The notes under the pieces are model-generated. The model was not told the DNA's origin, made no database searches, and worked only from the letters and a program-made list of their open reading frames with translations. From positions 1,844 through 65,843 of the forward strand of contig JAKEHY010000024.1 in assembly GCA_022614805.1 (NCBI GenBank): a stretch of 64,000 bases of DNA, written 5' to 3'. Of the stretch, positions 18,122-28,356 are shown one piece after another (within the stretch, counting starts at the first letter, position 1; every line of letters starts with the position of its first letter). A program made the position numbers and the translations under genes. Source of the DNA: Candidatus Zixiibacteriota bacterium. Its GTDB lineage: Bacteria > Zixibacteria > MSB-5A5 > DSPP01.

Positions 18122-18811
18122 TTATTTTTTTGCCCTCATTGGAGTTTTGGCTTCAGGCTTCACTGTCGATGTTTTGGCGACTGCCAATATAGTTTCTCCT
18201 CCCGTTACTTTATCGCCTTTTTGAACTTTCAACTTCAGCCCCTCCGGTAGAAAAATATCGACCCGCGAGCCGAAGCGAATCATACCGAATCTCTCTCCGG
18301 CCCGCACCTCCTGTCCCAGTTTCAACCGGCAGACAATCCGGCGGGCCAGAATGCCGGCGATTTGCTTGAAAAGAATTTTTCCATTCGGAGTCGTAATCCC
18401 AATGGCGGCCTGCTCGTTGTCGGTCGAGGCCTTATCCTCAAATGCGGCCATAAACTTGCCCGGAAAGTAAGAGAGATAGTCCACCTTACCGGAGGCGGGA
18501 ATGCGGTTTACGTGCACATCCAACGGCGAAAGAAAAATGGAGATTTTTTGGGCCTGGCTTTTCAAGAAAAGCAGTTCGGAGACGGCTTCGACGCCGACGA
18601 CTTTTCCATCGGCGGGAGAGAGAATCAACTTCTCGCCGGACGGAATTTTTCGTTCCGGGTCGCGGAAGAAGTAGGCAAAAAAGAGGGTCAGAAATAAAAG
18701 AAGAAAGCTCAACAGCCACAGCCAGGGGCGGCCGGCTTTGAAAGCGGCGGCGAAGGATAGAACCGCCAACGTCGCAAACGGAAAAACGAAGGGCCAGCCA
18801 TCCTTGGCCAT
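18122..18811 (-). CDS. psd: phosphatidylserine decarboxylase (short archaeal-type proenzyme)
   Basis: 229 aa. N-terminal TM segments. C-terminal GERFGMIRFGSRVDIF self-cleavage-region motif. Stop abuts the pssA start. Confidence 0.8.
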   Translation of the reverse strand: MAKDGWPFVFPFATLAVLSFAAAFKAGRPWLWLLSFLLLFLTLFFAYFFRDPERKIPSGEKLILSPADGKVVGVEAVSELLFLKSQAQKISIFLSPLDVHVNRIPASGKVDYLSYFPGKFMAAFEDKASTDNEQAAIGITTPNGKILFKQIAGILARRIVCRLKLGQEVRAGERFGMIRFGSRVDIFLPEGLKLKVQKGDKVTGGETILAVAKTSTVKPEAKTPMRAKK

Positions 18812-18812
18812 T

Positions 18813-19463
18813 TCAAATCTGCTTCTTTCCCTTCTCCCAGTCGGCCAAGAAAGTCTTCAAACCGACGTCGGTCAAAGGATGGCGGAAAATCTGGTCGAAA
18901 ACTTTGAACGGCATCGTGGCCACGTCGGCCCCCAGCATCGCCGCATCGACCAAATGCAGGGGATGGCGGACGGAGGCGACCAGAACCTGCGTTTTGTATT
19001 CGTACTGGTCGAAAATGGTGATGATTTCCTCCACCAGCTGCAGTCCCTCGTGGGAAACGTCATCCAGCCGGCCGACAAAGGGGGAAACGTAGGAGGCGCC
19101 GGTCTTGGCGGCCAACAACGCCTGCAAAGGGGAAAAAATCAGGGTGACGTTGGTTTTGATTCCCAGCGAGGTGAACTTGCCGACCGCTTTGACGCCGTCT
19201 TTCAACAGCGGCACCTTGACAACGATGTTGTCGGCCATCTTGGCCAGCTCGGTCCCCTCCTTTATCATCCCCTCGTATTCGGTGGCCACCACTTCGGCGG
19301 AGACAGGGCCTTTGACCAACCCGCAAATCTCTTTCAAGATTCCCCGGAAGTTGGATTTCTCCTTGGCCACGAGGCTGGGGTTGGTGGTGACGCCGTCCAA
19401 AACGCCGATGTCGTTTATCACTTTGATTTCGTCCACGCTGGCGGTATCCAGAAAAAGCTTCAT
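18813..19463 (-). CDS. fsa: fructose-6-phosphate aldolase / short transaldolase (TalC/Fsa family)
   Basis: 216 aa. [23 protein letters not shown] is the hallmark N-terminus of short transaldolases. Confidence 0.85.
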   Translation of the reverse strand: MKLFLDTASVDEIKVINDIGVLDGVTTNPSLVAKEKSNFRGILKEICGLVKGPVSAEVVATEYEGMIKEGTELAKMADNIVVKVPLLKDGVKAVGKFTSLGIKTNVTLIFSPLQALLAAKTGASYVSPFVGRLDDVSHEGLQLVEEIITIFDQYEYKTQVLVASVRHPLHLVDAAMLGADVATMPFKVFDQIFRHPLTDVGLKTFLADWEKGKKQI

Positions 19464-19481
19464 CTTTGCTCCTTTATGAAG

Positions 19482-20207
19482 TTAATACTCCACGCGCATT
19501 AAAAAAAGTCCGGATGGGGGCACCAACGGGCCCCCTTTTTTCCCCTCCGGGTTTTGCAACAGCTTTTGAAACTCTTCCAAACTTAAAAAGCCGCGGGCCA
19601 CTTCTACCATCGAACCAACCAGCATCCGCACCATCCCGCGCAGGAAGCGGCTGGCGGTGACGTCAAAATAAAGGAAATTCCCCTCCTTTTTCCAGCCGGC
19701 TTCAAAGATGATGGCTTCCCGTTTGTCCCGTTCCTCTTCCGAACAAAAAGCCGAGAACTCTTGCTGCCCCTGCAAAAGCGCGGCACAGCTTTCCAAGAGG
19801 GAAAAATCGAGGTCGTGGAAAACCGGCCAGCAGTAGTTTCTCCACAAGGCAATCGGGCCGAGATGGATACGATACTGATAGGTACGGCTTTTGGCGGCAA
19901 AGCGGGCATTGAAGTTGGATTCCACTTCGGCCACCTCGCGCACCACGACATCCTCCGGCAGAATCGAGTTCAGGGCCTTTGTCCAGTTGATGCCGTTGGG
20001 GGACTGGGCGGTGTCGAAATGGGCCACTTGGCCCCGGGCGTGGGCACCGGCGTCCGTTCTTCCGGCGCCGGTAACGCGGATTTCCTCCTGCAGGATTGTT
20101 TGCAAGGCTTTTTCGATTTCTCCCTGGACGGTGCGTTCCACCGGCTGCAACTGCCAGCCGGCAAAGGCGGTTCCGTCATATTCGATTATCATCTTGAACT
20201 TGGGCAC
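19482..20207 (-). CDS. truA: tRNA pseudouridine(38-40) synthase
   Basis: 241 aa. MIIEYDGTAFAGWQLQ, then catalytic Asp context GAGRTDAGAHARGQVAHFD. Confidence 0.88.
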   Translation of the reverse strand: MPKFKMIIEYDGTAFAGWQLQPVERTVQGEIEKALQTILQEEIRVTGAGRTDAGAHARGQVAHFDTAQSPNGINWTKALNSILPEDVVVREVAEVESNFNARFAAKSRTYQYRIHLGPIALWRNYCWPVFHDLDFSLLESCAALLQGQQEFSAFCSEEERDKREAIIFEAGWKKEGNFLYFDVTASRFLRGMVRMLVGSMVEVARGFLSLEEFQKLLQNPEGKKGGPLVPPSGLFLMRVEY

Positions 20208-20543
20208 ACGGTTAAAATATCGAGAATGGCCAAGGGGAAGTCAATTGAATTAAAACATTGGCGATTGATTCATTGAATCATTTAATCATTGGAGACAATA
20301 CCTGCAAGGGAATCGGTAGCAAACTTGGCAAAAAAGAGGGGGATTTGGTTACTGTTTTGTCAAAAAAAGAAAAAAACCTCCATACAAGAACAGGGACTAT
20401 TCGTCAAGAATCAGTAATCGGTAAAATGCCGTATTAATTCAATCGTGTCTTTGTCGGAAAAGACAAAGTATGCCCTGTATAATTTGATGGAGCTTGCGAA
20501 TCGATACGATTTTGCGGGAGAAAATGCACCTCCTGCGGCCCTT

Positions 20544-20607
20544 GTCCCCTTCGTAAGGGGGACAATAAAGGCGGGCAGGCACGGGGATCTGCCCCTACAA
20601 AAAATTG
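20544..20607. repeat. compound hairpin element: GTCCCCTT-cgt-AAGGGGGAC, spacer, GGGCAG-10nt-CTGCCC + CTACAAAAAATTG
   Basis: Between the polX stop and the truA upstream region. Confidence 0.5.
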
Positions 20608-20615
20608 TCACGAAT

Positions 20616-22346
20616 TTATTTCTTCAGCAGTTTCAAAAATGCTTCCAACGGACGGGTGTTGACAACGTCCGATTTTTGGGCCCAGCCGCGGCGGGCCTGG
20701 GCGATGCCGTACTCGAGAAAATCGAGATGGGGAATGGAATGGGCGTCCGTATCAATTGCGAGCTTGACCCCGGCGGCAACACATTTGCGGATGTATTCGT
20801 CTTTCAAATCCAGCCGGTCGGGCATTGCGTCGATTTCCAGAACGGCGCCGGTTTCCTTGGCGGCTTTGATAATGGCGTCCATATCCAAATCGTAGGCTTC
20901 CCTCTTCCCTATCAGGCGGCCGGTGGGATGGAACAAAATATCGACATTGGGATTTTTTATCGCCCGGATGATTCTTCTGGTCTGCTCTTCCCGCGGCAGG
21001 TCAAAATGGGAATGGACGGCCACGCCGACCACGTCCAGTTGGGATAGAGTTTCATCGTCCAAATCGAGCGAGCCGTCTTTCAGAATATCACACTCCGTCC
21101 CTTTGAGAATTTTTAATTTCGGACCGATTTTTTTTTGCACCTGGTCGATTTCGGCCCATTGCTTGCGGATTTTTTTCTCATCCAGGCCGCCGGTCATTGC
21201 CAGCCGCTTGGTGTGGTCGGTGATGGCGATGTATTTGTGCCTGCGCTGGATGGCGGCCTGGGCGTATGCTTCAATCGAATCGGCGCCGTCGGTCCAGTCG
21301 GTCTGGATTTGCAAATCTCCCAGGAGGTCGCCGTAGCCGATGAGTTTGGGGAGTTTGTGTTTTTTGGCCGCTTTGATTTCCCCGGTGTTTTCGCGCATTT
21401 CCGGCTCGATGTAATCCATACCCAAAGCGGCGTAGAGCTCTTCCTCCGTCTTTCCGGCAATCTGTTTGTTACCCTTGAAAAGACCGTATTCGTTCAGCTT
21501 CCACCCTTTGGCCATCGCCATTTCCCGCAGGGTGACGTTGTGGTCCTTGGAGCCGGTGAAGTAGTTCAGGGCGGCGCCGTACGATTCCGCCGGAACGACC
21601 CGCAAATCAACATCGAGACCGGATTCCAGCTTGACCGCCGACTTGGTCTCCCCGTGGGCGGAAATGTGCACCACCTCCGGCATCGAAACGAAGAAATCCA
21701 TCACCGGCTTGGGCTTTTTGGAGACGACCAGAACGTCCAAATCGCCGATGGTTTCCTTGCGGCGGCGGAGCGACCCGGCCAGAGCTATCCGTTCGACTTC
21801 CTTCAGTTCACCGAGCCGCTTTTCAATCAGCCGCGCTTTGGGCAAAACCGCTCCCAATAGGAGCCGCCCGGTTGCTTTTTTCAGAAAGTCAAGCCCCTTC
21901 AGAATGTTTTCTTCCGATTTGGCACCGAAGTGCTCCAGTTTGGCGATTTTTCCGGCCCGGGCCGCTTTTTCCAAATCGGCTATGGTCTTGATGCCCAATT
22001 CCTCGTACAGTTTTTTAATCGACTTCGGCCCCAGCCCCTCGATTTTACGCAGCCCGGAGAGGTCAACCGGGACTTTTTTCTTCAGTTCGTCGTAATATTT
22101 GAGACGGCCGGTTTGGAGCAGCTCTTCGATTTTTTTGGCGATGGAGGCGCCGATGCCGGGGATTCCTTCAAGCGCTTTCAGCCCGCCGGCTTCGTAGATT
22201 TCGGAAACCCCTTTATCCAGCTCCCCCACCGCCTGGGCCGCTTTTTCGTAGGCGCGGGGTTTGAAGGGAATCCCTTCCATTTCGAGGTATTCGCCGATTT
22301 CGGCTAAAAGACGGGATGTTTCCTGATTCGAAATTCTTTTTACCAT
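20616..22346 (-). CDS. polX: DNA polymerase X family protein with C-terminal PHP phosphoesterase domain
   Basis: 576 aa. N-terminal HhH/Pol-beta-like region (ISNQETSRLLAEIGEYLEMEG.PFKPRAYEKAA). Nucleotidyltransferase GDLDVLV motif. C-terminal PHP histidine-rich domain (IAITDHTKRL...HSHFD). Confidence 0.88.
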   Translation of the reverse strand: MVKRISNQETSRLLAEIGEYLEMEGIPFKPRAYEKAAQAVGELDKGVSEIYEAGGLKALEGIPGIGASIAKKIEELLQTGRLKYYDELKKKVPVDLSGLRKIEGLGPKSIKKLYEELGIKTIADLEKAARAGKIAKLEHFGAKSEENILKGLDFLKKATGRLLLGAVLPKARLIEKRLGELKEVERIALAGSLRRRKETIGDLDVLVVSKKPKPVMDFFVSMPEVVHISAHGETKSAVKLESGLDVDLRVVPAESYGAALNYFTGSKDHNVTLREMAMAKGWKLNEYGLFKGNKQIAGKTEEELYAALGMDYIEPEMRENTGEIKAAKKHKLPKLIGYGDLLGDLQIQTDWTDGADSIEAYAQAAIQRRHKYIAITDHTKRLAMTGGLDEKKIRKQWAEIDQVQKKIGPKLKILKGTECDILKDGSLDLDDETLSQLDVVGVAVHSHFDLPREEQTRRIIRAIKNPNVDILFHPTGRLIGKREAYDLDMDAIIKAAKETGAVLEIDAMPDRLDLKDEYIRKCVAAGVKLAIDTDAHSIPHLDFLEYGIAQARRGWAQKSDVVNTRPLEAFLKLLKK

Positions 22347-22471
22347 TGACTGAATTATAATACGGCGGAGGGAGATTGCGCCACAAGCCGCGCTTCCCCT
22401 CCTTTTTTGAGGTTAGAATGGAATGCGTTTCCCAGGGGCGGAGGCCCCTGGGCTAAGCATTGGAAGGAAAT

Positions 22472-23593
22472 TCAGGTTTTCGACGTTTTTTCGGCGCCTG
22501 AATCGGGGTCGTCGTCCAAATACTCTGCCAGGAGCCGGTGAAACTGGTGCACGCCCACTTCCCGCGTGGGGGAAAACCGGCCCGCCGGGTAGTATCTGGA
22601 CTGCAGGCCGTTGTGCACCCCCTCCACGACGAACTCATCCTCCCGTTCCACCTTGTCCAGCATCGCGCCGGCGCCGCTTCCTAATTTCGATTCATCATAC
22701 ACGTAGGAGACGAAGGAGACTTTGGTGCGGTTTGGACTCAACGGCCGCACGAGGTTCACCGACAGTCCCCAGGGATAGAAATTGAACATCATATTCGGAA
22801 AAAGCCAAAAGTAGTAGGCGGCGACGTGCCGGCCGTGGTCGATGTGCCCGGCCGGCAGCTCGAACACCTCGCTTTGGTCCGCATATCCAATCTGCAAATT
22901 GAGATGCTCATACGCCACCGTGGTGTATTGGCCGTAATCGACGACTTTGTTCAAGTCGGCATGGACGAAGGGGATGTGAAACCCTTCGAGATAATTGTCA
23001 CAGTAGAGGGCCCAGTGGCAGTTGACGAGGTAATCCTTGCTTAAACTGTCGCTGCGTCTGAACTGATGCAGCGGAAGAAAACCGACCCGCTCGTTCATAA
23101 TGCTGAAGACTTCGGTTACGTCAAAACGGGGCTCCAGACCGACAAACAGGTGCGGCCCCCATTGGGCGAAATGAAACGGACGCAGGTCGTCGGATGGGCG
23201 GGGGAAATTTTCGGCCGTTTTGAACTCGGGCATTGATTTGAACTTTCCGTCCAGGTCAAATGAGCGGCCGTGGTAGCCGCAGACCAGGGTTTTCGGTTTC
23301 CCCGGATTCTGGACGATGATGTTGCCCCGGTGCGTGCAGACATTTGTCAGGCAGCGACCCACCCCTTCCCGGTCCCGGGTTAGCACCATCGGCTCGGAGA
23401 GGAATTTATCCAAGAGCACGAAAGGATAGACAGTATTTCCGGGAGGGAGAAGGCTGTCGTCGCCGACCCACTGCCAGGTTTTGGCGAACACGCGCTCTTT
23501 CAGTTCCTCAAAGACAGCGGGGTCCCGGTAGAAGGAGGCCGGCAGCGTTTCCGCTTTTTTTATGTCCGGGTCTATGCTGTAGCGCCGTTGCAT
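22472..23593 (-). CDS. Rieske [2Fe-2S] non-heme iron oxygenase alpha subunit
   Basis: 373 aa. Rieske motif CTHRG...CGYHG. Downstream mononuclear Fe motif EGFHIPFVHAD. Confidence 0.8.
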   Translation of the reverse strand: MQRRYSIDPDIKKAETLPASFYRDPAVFEELKERVFAKTWQWVGDDSLLPPGNTVYPFVLLDKFLSEPMVLTRDREGVGRCLTNVCTHRGNIIVQNPGKPKTLVCGYHGRSFDLDGKFKSMPEFKTAENFPRPSDDLRPFHFAQWGPHLFVGLEPRFDVTEVFSIMNERVGFLPLHQFRRSDSLSKDYLVNCHWALYCDNYLEGFHIPFVHADLNKVVDYGQYTTVAYEHLNLQIGYADQSEVFELPAGHIDHGRHVAAYYFWLFPNMMFNFYPWGLSVNLVRPLSPNRTKVSFVSYVYDESKLGSGAGAMLDKVEREDEFVVEGVHNGLQSRYYPAGRFSPTREVGVHQFHRLLAEYLDDDPDSGAEKTSKT

Positions 23594-23594
23594 A

Positions 23595-24950
23595 TCAACC
23601 GGACCGTTTCGCCGCTTCGCCGGAAGGCCCCGGGTCGGCCATTTTCATCCAGACGTAGAAGGGAATCCCGGCCACGAGAAGAATGAACCCCCAGAACACG
23701 ACCTCTTGGCCGCTCCCCACCATAACCCAGAGGGAAAAACCGAACGCCAGGCTGGCGAGTGTGAGTTTCCCGCCCAGCTCGCCCTCCCTCAACTTGGCCG
23801 ACTGTAGCACATAGCTCGCCGCCGAAAAAAAATAGGGGGTCAAGACCGAAAGCGTGGAGAGGGTTATCATAAAAGTGAAGGCGTCGACCAATGTTTTTGA
23901 GTAGTTCAAGGCCAAAAGCACCGAGGCCAGGATGCTCGAAATAACTATCCCCAAGGCGGGGGAGCCGTTTCGATTGAGCCGGCCGAAAACTTTCGGAAAG
24001 AGTTTGTCGCGGGCGGCGGACATCGGAATCTGTCCCTGTATCAGTATCCATCCGTTCAAGGCGCCGAAAGTCGAGATTACCGCTCCGGCTGCAATCACGT
24101 ACTGGGCGGAAGCTCCCCAGAAGACCGCCGCCGCATCGGCAAACGGGGCGTTTGACTTCGCCAGTGTTTCCCCCGGAAGCAGGCCCATTACCGCCACCGA
24201 GCCGAGCAAATATACGAAGACGGCGACTACGGTGCCGGCGATGGTCGATTTTCTAATCGTCACCGCGGCATCCTTGATTTTGGAGCCCGGTATGGTGGCG
24301 CTCTCCATTCCGAGGAAGGCAAAGAAGGTCAGCATCACGGTCGTCGTCAAAACGGAAAGGTTCGCCCCCCCGCTCGTGTTGAAAGCCGGAAAGTTATCGA
24401 GCTTCATATAGAAAATTCCCACGCCCCCAATCAGGAGGAGCGGAACGAGCTTCAAGATAGTGGTAATTAGTTGAACGGAGCCGACCGTCCGGATTTTTTT
24501 CGAATTCGTCCAGGTAAGAAGCCAGATGACGGACAAGCCGGTGAAAATTGCAGCCAGCGGGCTTTTTGAAAGGATGGGAATGAAAACGGTAAGGTAACTC
24601 ACCAAAGCGACGACAATGGCGGCGTTCGTGCACCAGATGGAAATCCAGTAGCTCCAGGCGACCAAGTAGGCGGGGAATTCCCCCAGACTGATTTTCGTGT
24701 AGGCGTACGGTCCCCCGGTGGTCCGGGGAGCCAGACGGCCCAGTTCCCCAAATACAAGCGCCATCAGGATGGCGCCAACCGCGGAGCAAAGCCAGGCCAA
24801 AAGGCTGATTCCGCCGTAGGCGGCCAGAGTTGCGGGCAAAAGGAATATGCCGGAGCCGATGATATTCCCCACGACAAGCGCGGTGCTCGACCAAAACCCC
24901 AATTTCGATTGGTGGTCTGGCTCCGATTGGAGGTCAACTTTTGGGTCCAC
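23595..24950 (-). CDS. APC-superfamily amino acid/amine permease
   Basis: 451 aa with about 12 TM helices. N-terminal GNIIGSGIFLLP-type consensus. Stop is 1 nt from the Rieske oxygenase start. Confidence 0.8.
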   Translation of the reverse strand: MDPKVDLQSEPDHQSKLGFWSSTALVVGNIIGSGIFLLPATLAAYGGISLLAWLCSAVGAILMALVFGELGRLAPRTTGGPYAYTKISLGEFPAYLVAWSYWISIWCTNAAIVVALVSYLTVFIPILSKSPLAAIFTGLSVIWLLTWTNSKKIRTVGSVQLITTILKLVPLLLIGGVGIFYMKLDNFPAFNTSGGANLSVLTTTVMLTFFAFLGMESATIPGSKIKDAAVTIRKSTIAGTVVAVFVYLLGSVAVMGLLPGETLAKSNAPFADAAAVFWGASAQYVIAAGAVISTFGALNGWILIQGQIPMSAARDKLFPKVFGRLNRNGSPALGIVISSILASVLLALNYSKTLVDAFTFMITLSTLSVLTPYFFSAASYVLQSAKLREGELGGKLTLASLAFGFSLWVMVGSGQEVVFWGFILLVAGIPFYVWMKMADPGPSGEAAKRSG

Positions 24951-24994
24951 GCCCGGCTAACTTACGAAATTTCAGTCAAATTCCGAACACCTGC

Positions 24995-26563
24995 CTACAT
25001 CCACAAGTTTCTATCCAGGGTGCGATACTGAATCGCCTCGGATAGATGGGATTCCTTGACGTCGGGGCTGGCTTCCAAATCGGCAATGGTGCGGGCCACT
25101 TTTAGGATACGGTCGTAAGCGCGAGCGGAGAGTCCGAGCTTGGACATCGCCGCTCGAAGCAGTTCCTGACCGGCCGACGTTATCGAGCAGTATTTTTTCA
25201 AATGCCGAGTTTGCATATGGGCGTTGGCGAAGATTTTTTTCTCCTTGGCAAACCGCTCGGTCTGAAGCCTCCGGGCGGCGCTCACCCGTTCCCGGATTTT
25301 GGAAGAGGGTTCGGCTCCATCGGGAGTGGAAAGTTCTTTGAACTTCACCGCCGGCACTTCGATGTGGATATCGATTCGGTCCAGAAGGGGGCCGGAGATT
25401 TTGGAGACGTAGCGCTGGATTTCCGCCGGGGAACAATGACACCGGCCCGAAGGGTCGCCGAAAAATCCACAGGGGCAGGGGTTCATTGCCGAAACCAGTT
25501 GAAATTGGGAGGGATAGGTCAAAGAAATTTTGGCGCGGGAGATGGTCACCCGGCCGTCCTCCATCGGCTGGCGCAAAACTTCTAACACATCTTTTTTGAA
25601 CTCCGGCATTTCGTCCAAAAACAGAACGCCGTGGTGCGCCAACGAAACTTCCCCCGGCCGGGGGACCGTCCCGCCGCCGATTAGCCCGGCGTCCGAAATG
25701 GTGTGATGCGGGCTGCGGAAGGGGCGGGTGGCCAGAAGCGGAACGCCGGGCTCCAGCTGGCCGGCGACGGAATGAATTTTGGTGGTTTCCAAAGCCTCCT
25801 CAATGGTCAAAGGGGGCAGAATGGTCGGCAGCCGGCGGGAGAGCATCGTTTTGCCCGAGCCGGGAGGGCCGATTAAGAGAATGTTATGCGAACCGGCCGC
25901 CGCCACCTCGAGGGAACGTTTGACCGCCTCCTGCCCTTTCACTTCCGAAAAGTCGAGGGGATAATCAAGCGCTTTTTCGAAAACCGAATGGATATCCAGA
26001 CTGAAGGGCTCGAGGACCTGCTCCCCTTCCAGAAAACCGGCCGCCTCCCGCAGGGAGGAAATCGGATAAACCGGCAGGCCGGTGGCCATCGCCGCCTCGG
26101 CGGCGTTTTCTTTCGGCACCAAAAGGACTTTGTTGTCGTTTTGCTTCAGGGCCAAAGCAATCGGCAGAACCCCAGGGATGGGTCGCACGCTGCCGTCCAG
26201 CGAAAGCTCCCCCACCATCACCACTTCCGAAAAATCCTCCCGCCCCAGCTGCCCGGTGGCGGCGAGGATGCCCACGGCCATCGGCAAATCGAAGGCGCTC
26301 CCCTCTTTTTTGATATCCGCCGGGGCCAGATTGATGGTCACTTTTTGGCGGGGGAAGGAGTAGCCGGAATTTTTTACGGCGGAGGCGACCCTTTCTTTGG
26401 CTTCCCGCACGGCTCCTTCCGGCAGGCCGACGGTGGCGAAGGCGGGAAGCCCGCTGGTGATGTCGGCTTCCACTTCCACCAGGTAGGCTTCGATGCCCAA
26501 AAGGGAGGAGGAATAAACCTTGGCCAGTCGGTTTCTCATAGGCAAACAAGGTAATGAGGCCAA
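24995..26563 (-). CDS. yifB: YifB/ComM family Mg-chelatase-like AAA+ ATPase
   Basis: 522 aa. N-terminal Lon-protease-like domain, then AAA+ region with Walker A GPPGSGKT and a C-terminal Mg-chelatase ChlI-like region. Confidence 0.88.
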   Translation of the reverse strand: MASLPCLPMRNRLAKVYSSSLLGIEAYLVEVEADITSGLPAFATVGLPEGAVREAKERVASAVKNSGYSFPRQKVTINLAPADIKKEGSAFDLPMAVGILAATGQLGREDFSEVVMVGELSLDGSVRPIPGVLPIALALKQNDNKVLLVPKENAAEAAMATGLPVYPISSLREAAGFLEGEQVLEPFSLDIHSVFEKALDYPLDFSEVKGQEAVKRSLEVAAAGSHNILLIGPPGSGKTMLSRRLPTILPPLTIEEALETTKIHSVAGQLEPGVPLLATRPFRSPHHTISDAGLIGGGTVPRPGEVSLAHHGVLFLDEMPEFKKDVLEVLRQPMEDGRVTISRAKISLTYPSQFQLVSAMNPCPCGFFGDPSGRCHCSPAEIQRYVSKISGPLLDRIDIHIEVPAVKFKELSTPDGAEPSSKIRERVSAARRLQTERFAKEKKIFANAHMQTRHLKKYCSITSAGQELLRAAMSKLGLSARAYDRILKVARTIADLEASPDVKESHLSEAIQYRTLDRNLWM

Positions 26564-26646
26564 AAGGGACTGTCAAACAGGTTTTGACCCTTCCCCCAAT
26601 AAGAATAGGGATTAGTGATTAGTGAAAACCAATACACCCCTATGGT

Positions 26647-26717
26647 CCCCCTTAAATACAGGGGGACAGGATTGGGCGGGTTTGAAACCCGCCCCTACAA
26701 GAACAAAGGACATCGCT
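26647..26717. repeat. compound hairpin element: CCCCCT-taaatac-AGGGGG, spacer ACAGGATT, GGGCGGG-tttgaaa-CCCGCCC + CTACAAGAACAAAGGAC
   Basis: In the divergent region between yifB and the Gly-rich secreted protein gene. Confidence 0.5.
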
Positions 26718-26871
26718 TAGAAATTGGCTTGACGGAGCCAAAGCGGGGCTTATCTTAAAATAAAGTTCTGGATGAAACGGCGGCGGTTTCGTGGGGGAAA
26801 CCGGCGCCCTCGCCCACCTTCCAGAAATGAAACTGGTGAAAATACAACCATATCAAAAAAGGAGCTGTGCA

Positions 26872-28341
26872 ATGAAACGCTTCAAGGTGCTTTGGGGAGT
26901 ATTTGTTCTATTGGCCTCATCAACCGCTGGAGCACTTTTTCCGAGCGGAGTTGAGGGAGCCATTCCCAGATTAATCAATTTTCAAGGAGTTTTGCGGGAT
27001 GGCAGCGGCAATCCAGTGGCGGACGGGTCGTATTCGGTAACTTTCAAAATCTACGACGCTCCGACTGTCGGGACCGTGCTCTGGACGGAAACTCAACCGG
27101 TAACCACGCTCGGCGGCTCGTTCAATGTTCTTCTGGGAGCCACTAACGCCGTGCCGGATTCTGCGTTCAATGGAGCCAACCGCTATTTGGGAATCGCGGT
27201 AGCTTCCGACCCGGAAATGTCGCCGAGGTTTCAACTCGTTTCGGTCGGCTACGCCTTCCGCGTCAATTCGGTGGATGGGGCTTTGGGAGGAACCATTAGT
27301 GGAGACATTAATATCATGGGAAAAGCTACAATTGGTTCCGGGAACAGCAACGCTGGTTCATTTGCATTTGTCGCGGGTACGAGGAACACTGTAACCGGAG
27401 CTGGTTCCACTATAGGCGGAGGAGACACTAATACAGTGACTCGCGATGGTGCCACCATAGGCGGCGGGAAAGCAAACGTAATAAGCGGCCAAGCTGCTAC
27501 GATTGCCGGAGGTCATTCTAATATCGCAAGTGGAGAAAGATCAACAATAGGTGGTGGGGGTTTTAACCGAGCCCGTGGGCATCTCTCTGTGGTTAGTGGC
27601 GGTGGCGATATCTATTCTATTGCTGATTCTAATTCAGCGCTCGGAGATTATTCTGCTGTTGGAGGCGGGAAAGGTAACATCGCAGAGGGGTTTGGCGCAA
27701 AAGTCGGGGGCGGTTCCATCAACAAGGCCACCGGAGGTTTTTCATTTGTGGGAGGGGGAATTAACAATTTGGCCAATGGCTCGCAGGCCACTATCGGCGG
27801 GGGGCAAACCAATATCGCCAGCGCCCCTTTTGCAACCGTTCCCGGAGGATGTGGAAACCAAGCCGGCGGTAGTTTTACAACCGTGGGTGGCGGATTCAAC
27901 AATGGAGCTGGAAATTTTTATTCCACCGTCGCCGGGGGGGACCAGGACACCGCCACCGGAAACTGGTCGGCCATTCCGGGCGGACAATTCAACAAAGCCG
28001 CCGGAAGCTATTCTTTTGCCGCCGGGCGGAGGGCCAAGGCGCTGCACCATGGTTCCTTTGTCTGGGCGGACAGCACGGACGCCGATTTTTCTTCGACGGC
28101 CCCCAACCAGTTTATAATTCGGGCTTCGGGAGGGTTTGGAATTGGAACGGCGAACCCGCAAGGGGCTTTGGATATGAGCAACGCCAACGGCGCTTTCATC
28201 GCCCCCCGAATGACCAATAACCAGAGAAATGCAATGACGCCCATCGACGGGATGGTTATTTACAACACGGAGACCCGGCAATTCAATTTTTGCGAAGACG
28301 GCCATTGGGTGACGAAGCAATCAAAGAGGGCGGACCGGTAG
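26872..28341 (+). CDS. secreted glycine-rich beta-helical repeat protein (tail-fibre / adhesin-head-like)
   Basis: RBS AAAAAAGGAG precedes ATG 26872, then a signal peptide. More than 12 degenerate repeats of the form (A/S)TIGGG-x-xN-x-A-xG. Distinct C-terminal about 80 aa domain (RMTNNQRNAMTPIDGMVIYNTETRQFNFCEDGHWV). Confidence 0.55.
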   Translation: MKRFKVLWGVFVLLASSTAGALFPSGVEGAIPRLINFQGVLRDGSGNPVADGSYSVTFKIYDAPTVGTVLWTETQPVTTLGGSFNVLLGATNAVPDSAFNGANRYLGIAVASDPEMSPRFQLVSVGYAFRVNSVDGALGGTISGDINIMGKATIGSGNSNAGSFAFVAGTRNTVTGAGSTIGGGDTNTVTRDGATIGGGKANVISGQAATIAGGHSNIASGERSTIGGGGFNRARGHLSVVSGGGDIYSIADSNSALGDYSAVGGGKGNIAEGFGAKVGGGSINKATGGFSFVGGGINNLANGSQATIGGGQTNIASAPFATVPGGCGNQAGGSFTTVGGGFNNGAGNFYSTVAGGDQDTATGNWSAIPGGQFNKAAGSYSFAAGRRAKALHHGSFVWADSTDADFSSTAPNQFIIRASGGFGIGTANPQGALDMSNANGAFIAPRMTNNQRNAMTPIDGMVIYNTETRQFNFCEDGHWVTKQSKRADR

Positions 28342-28356
28342 AACCTCACCCCTAAC

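Noticed and set aside
20208-20444. AT-rich 240-bp stretch upstream of truA considered as a housekeeping ncRNA (6S, SRP, RNase P, tmRNA).
   Set aside because: None of the conserved cores (RNase P GAGGAAAGTCC, SRP GGAAGCAGCCA, tmRNA tRNA-like 3' end) are present. It is more likely the truA promoter region plus the hairless partial copy of the TACAAGAACA motif.
20445-21047. 200-aa plus-strand ORF starting in the polX-truA intergenic region and running antisense into polX. Also a 66-aa minus ORF at 20411-20611.
   Set aside because: No RBS or motif. The part outside polX coincides with the compound hairpin element, and the rest is antisense to a strongly supported PolX gene.
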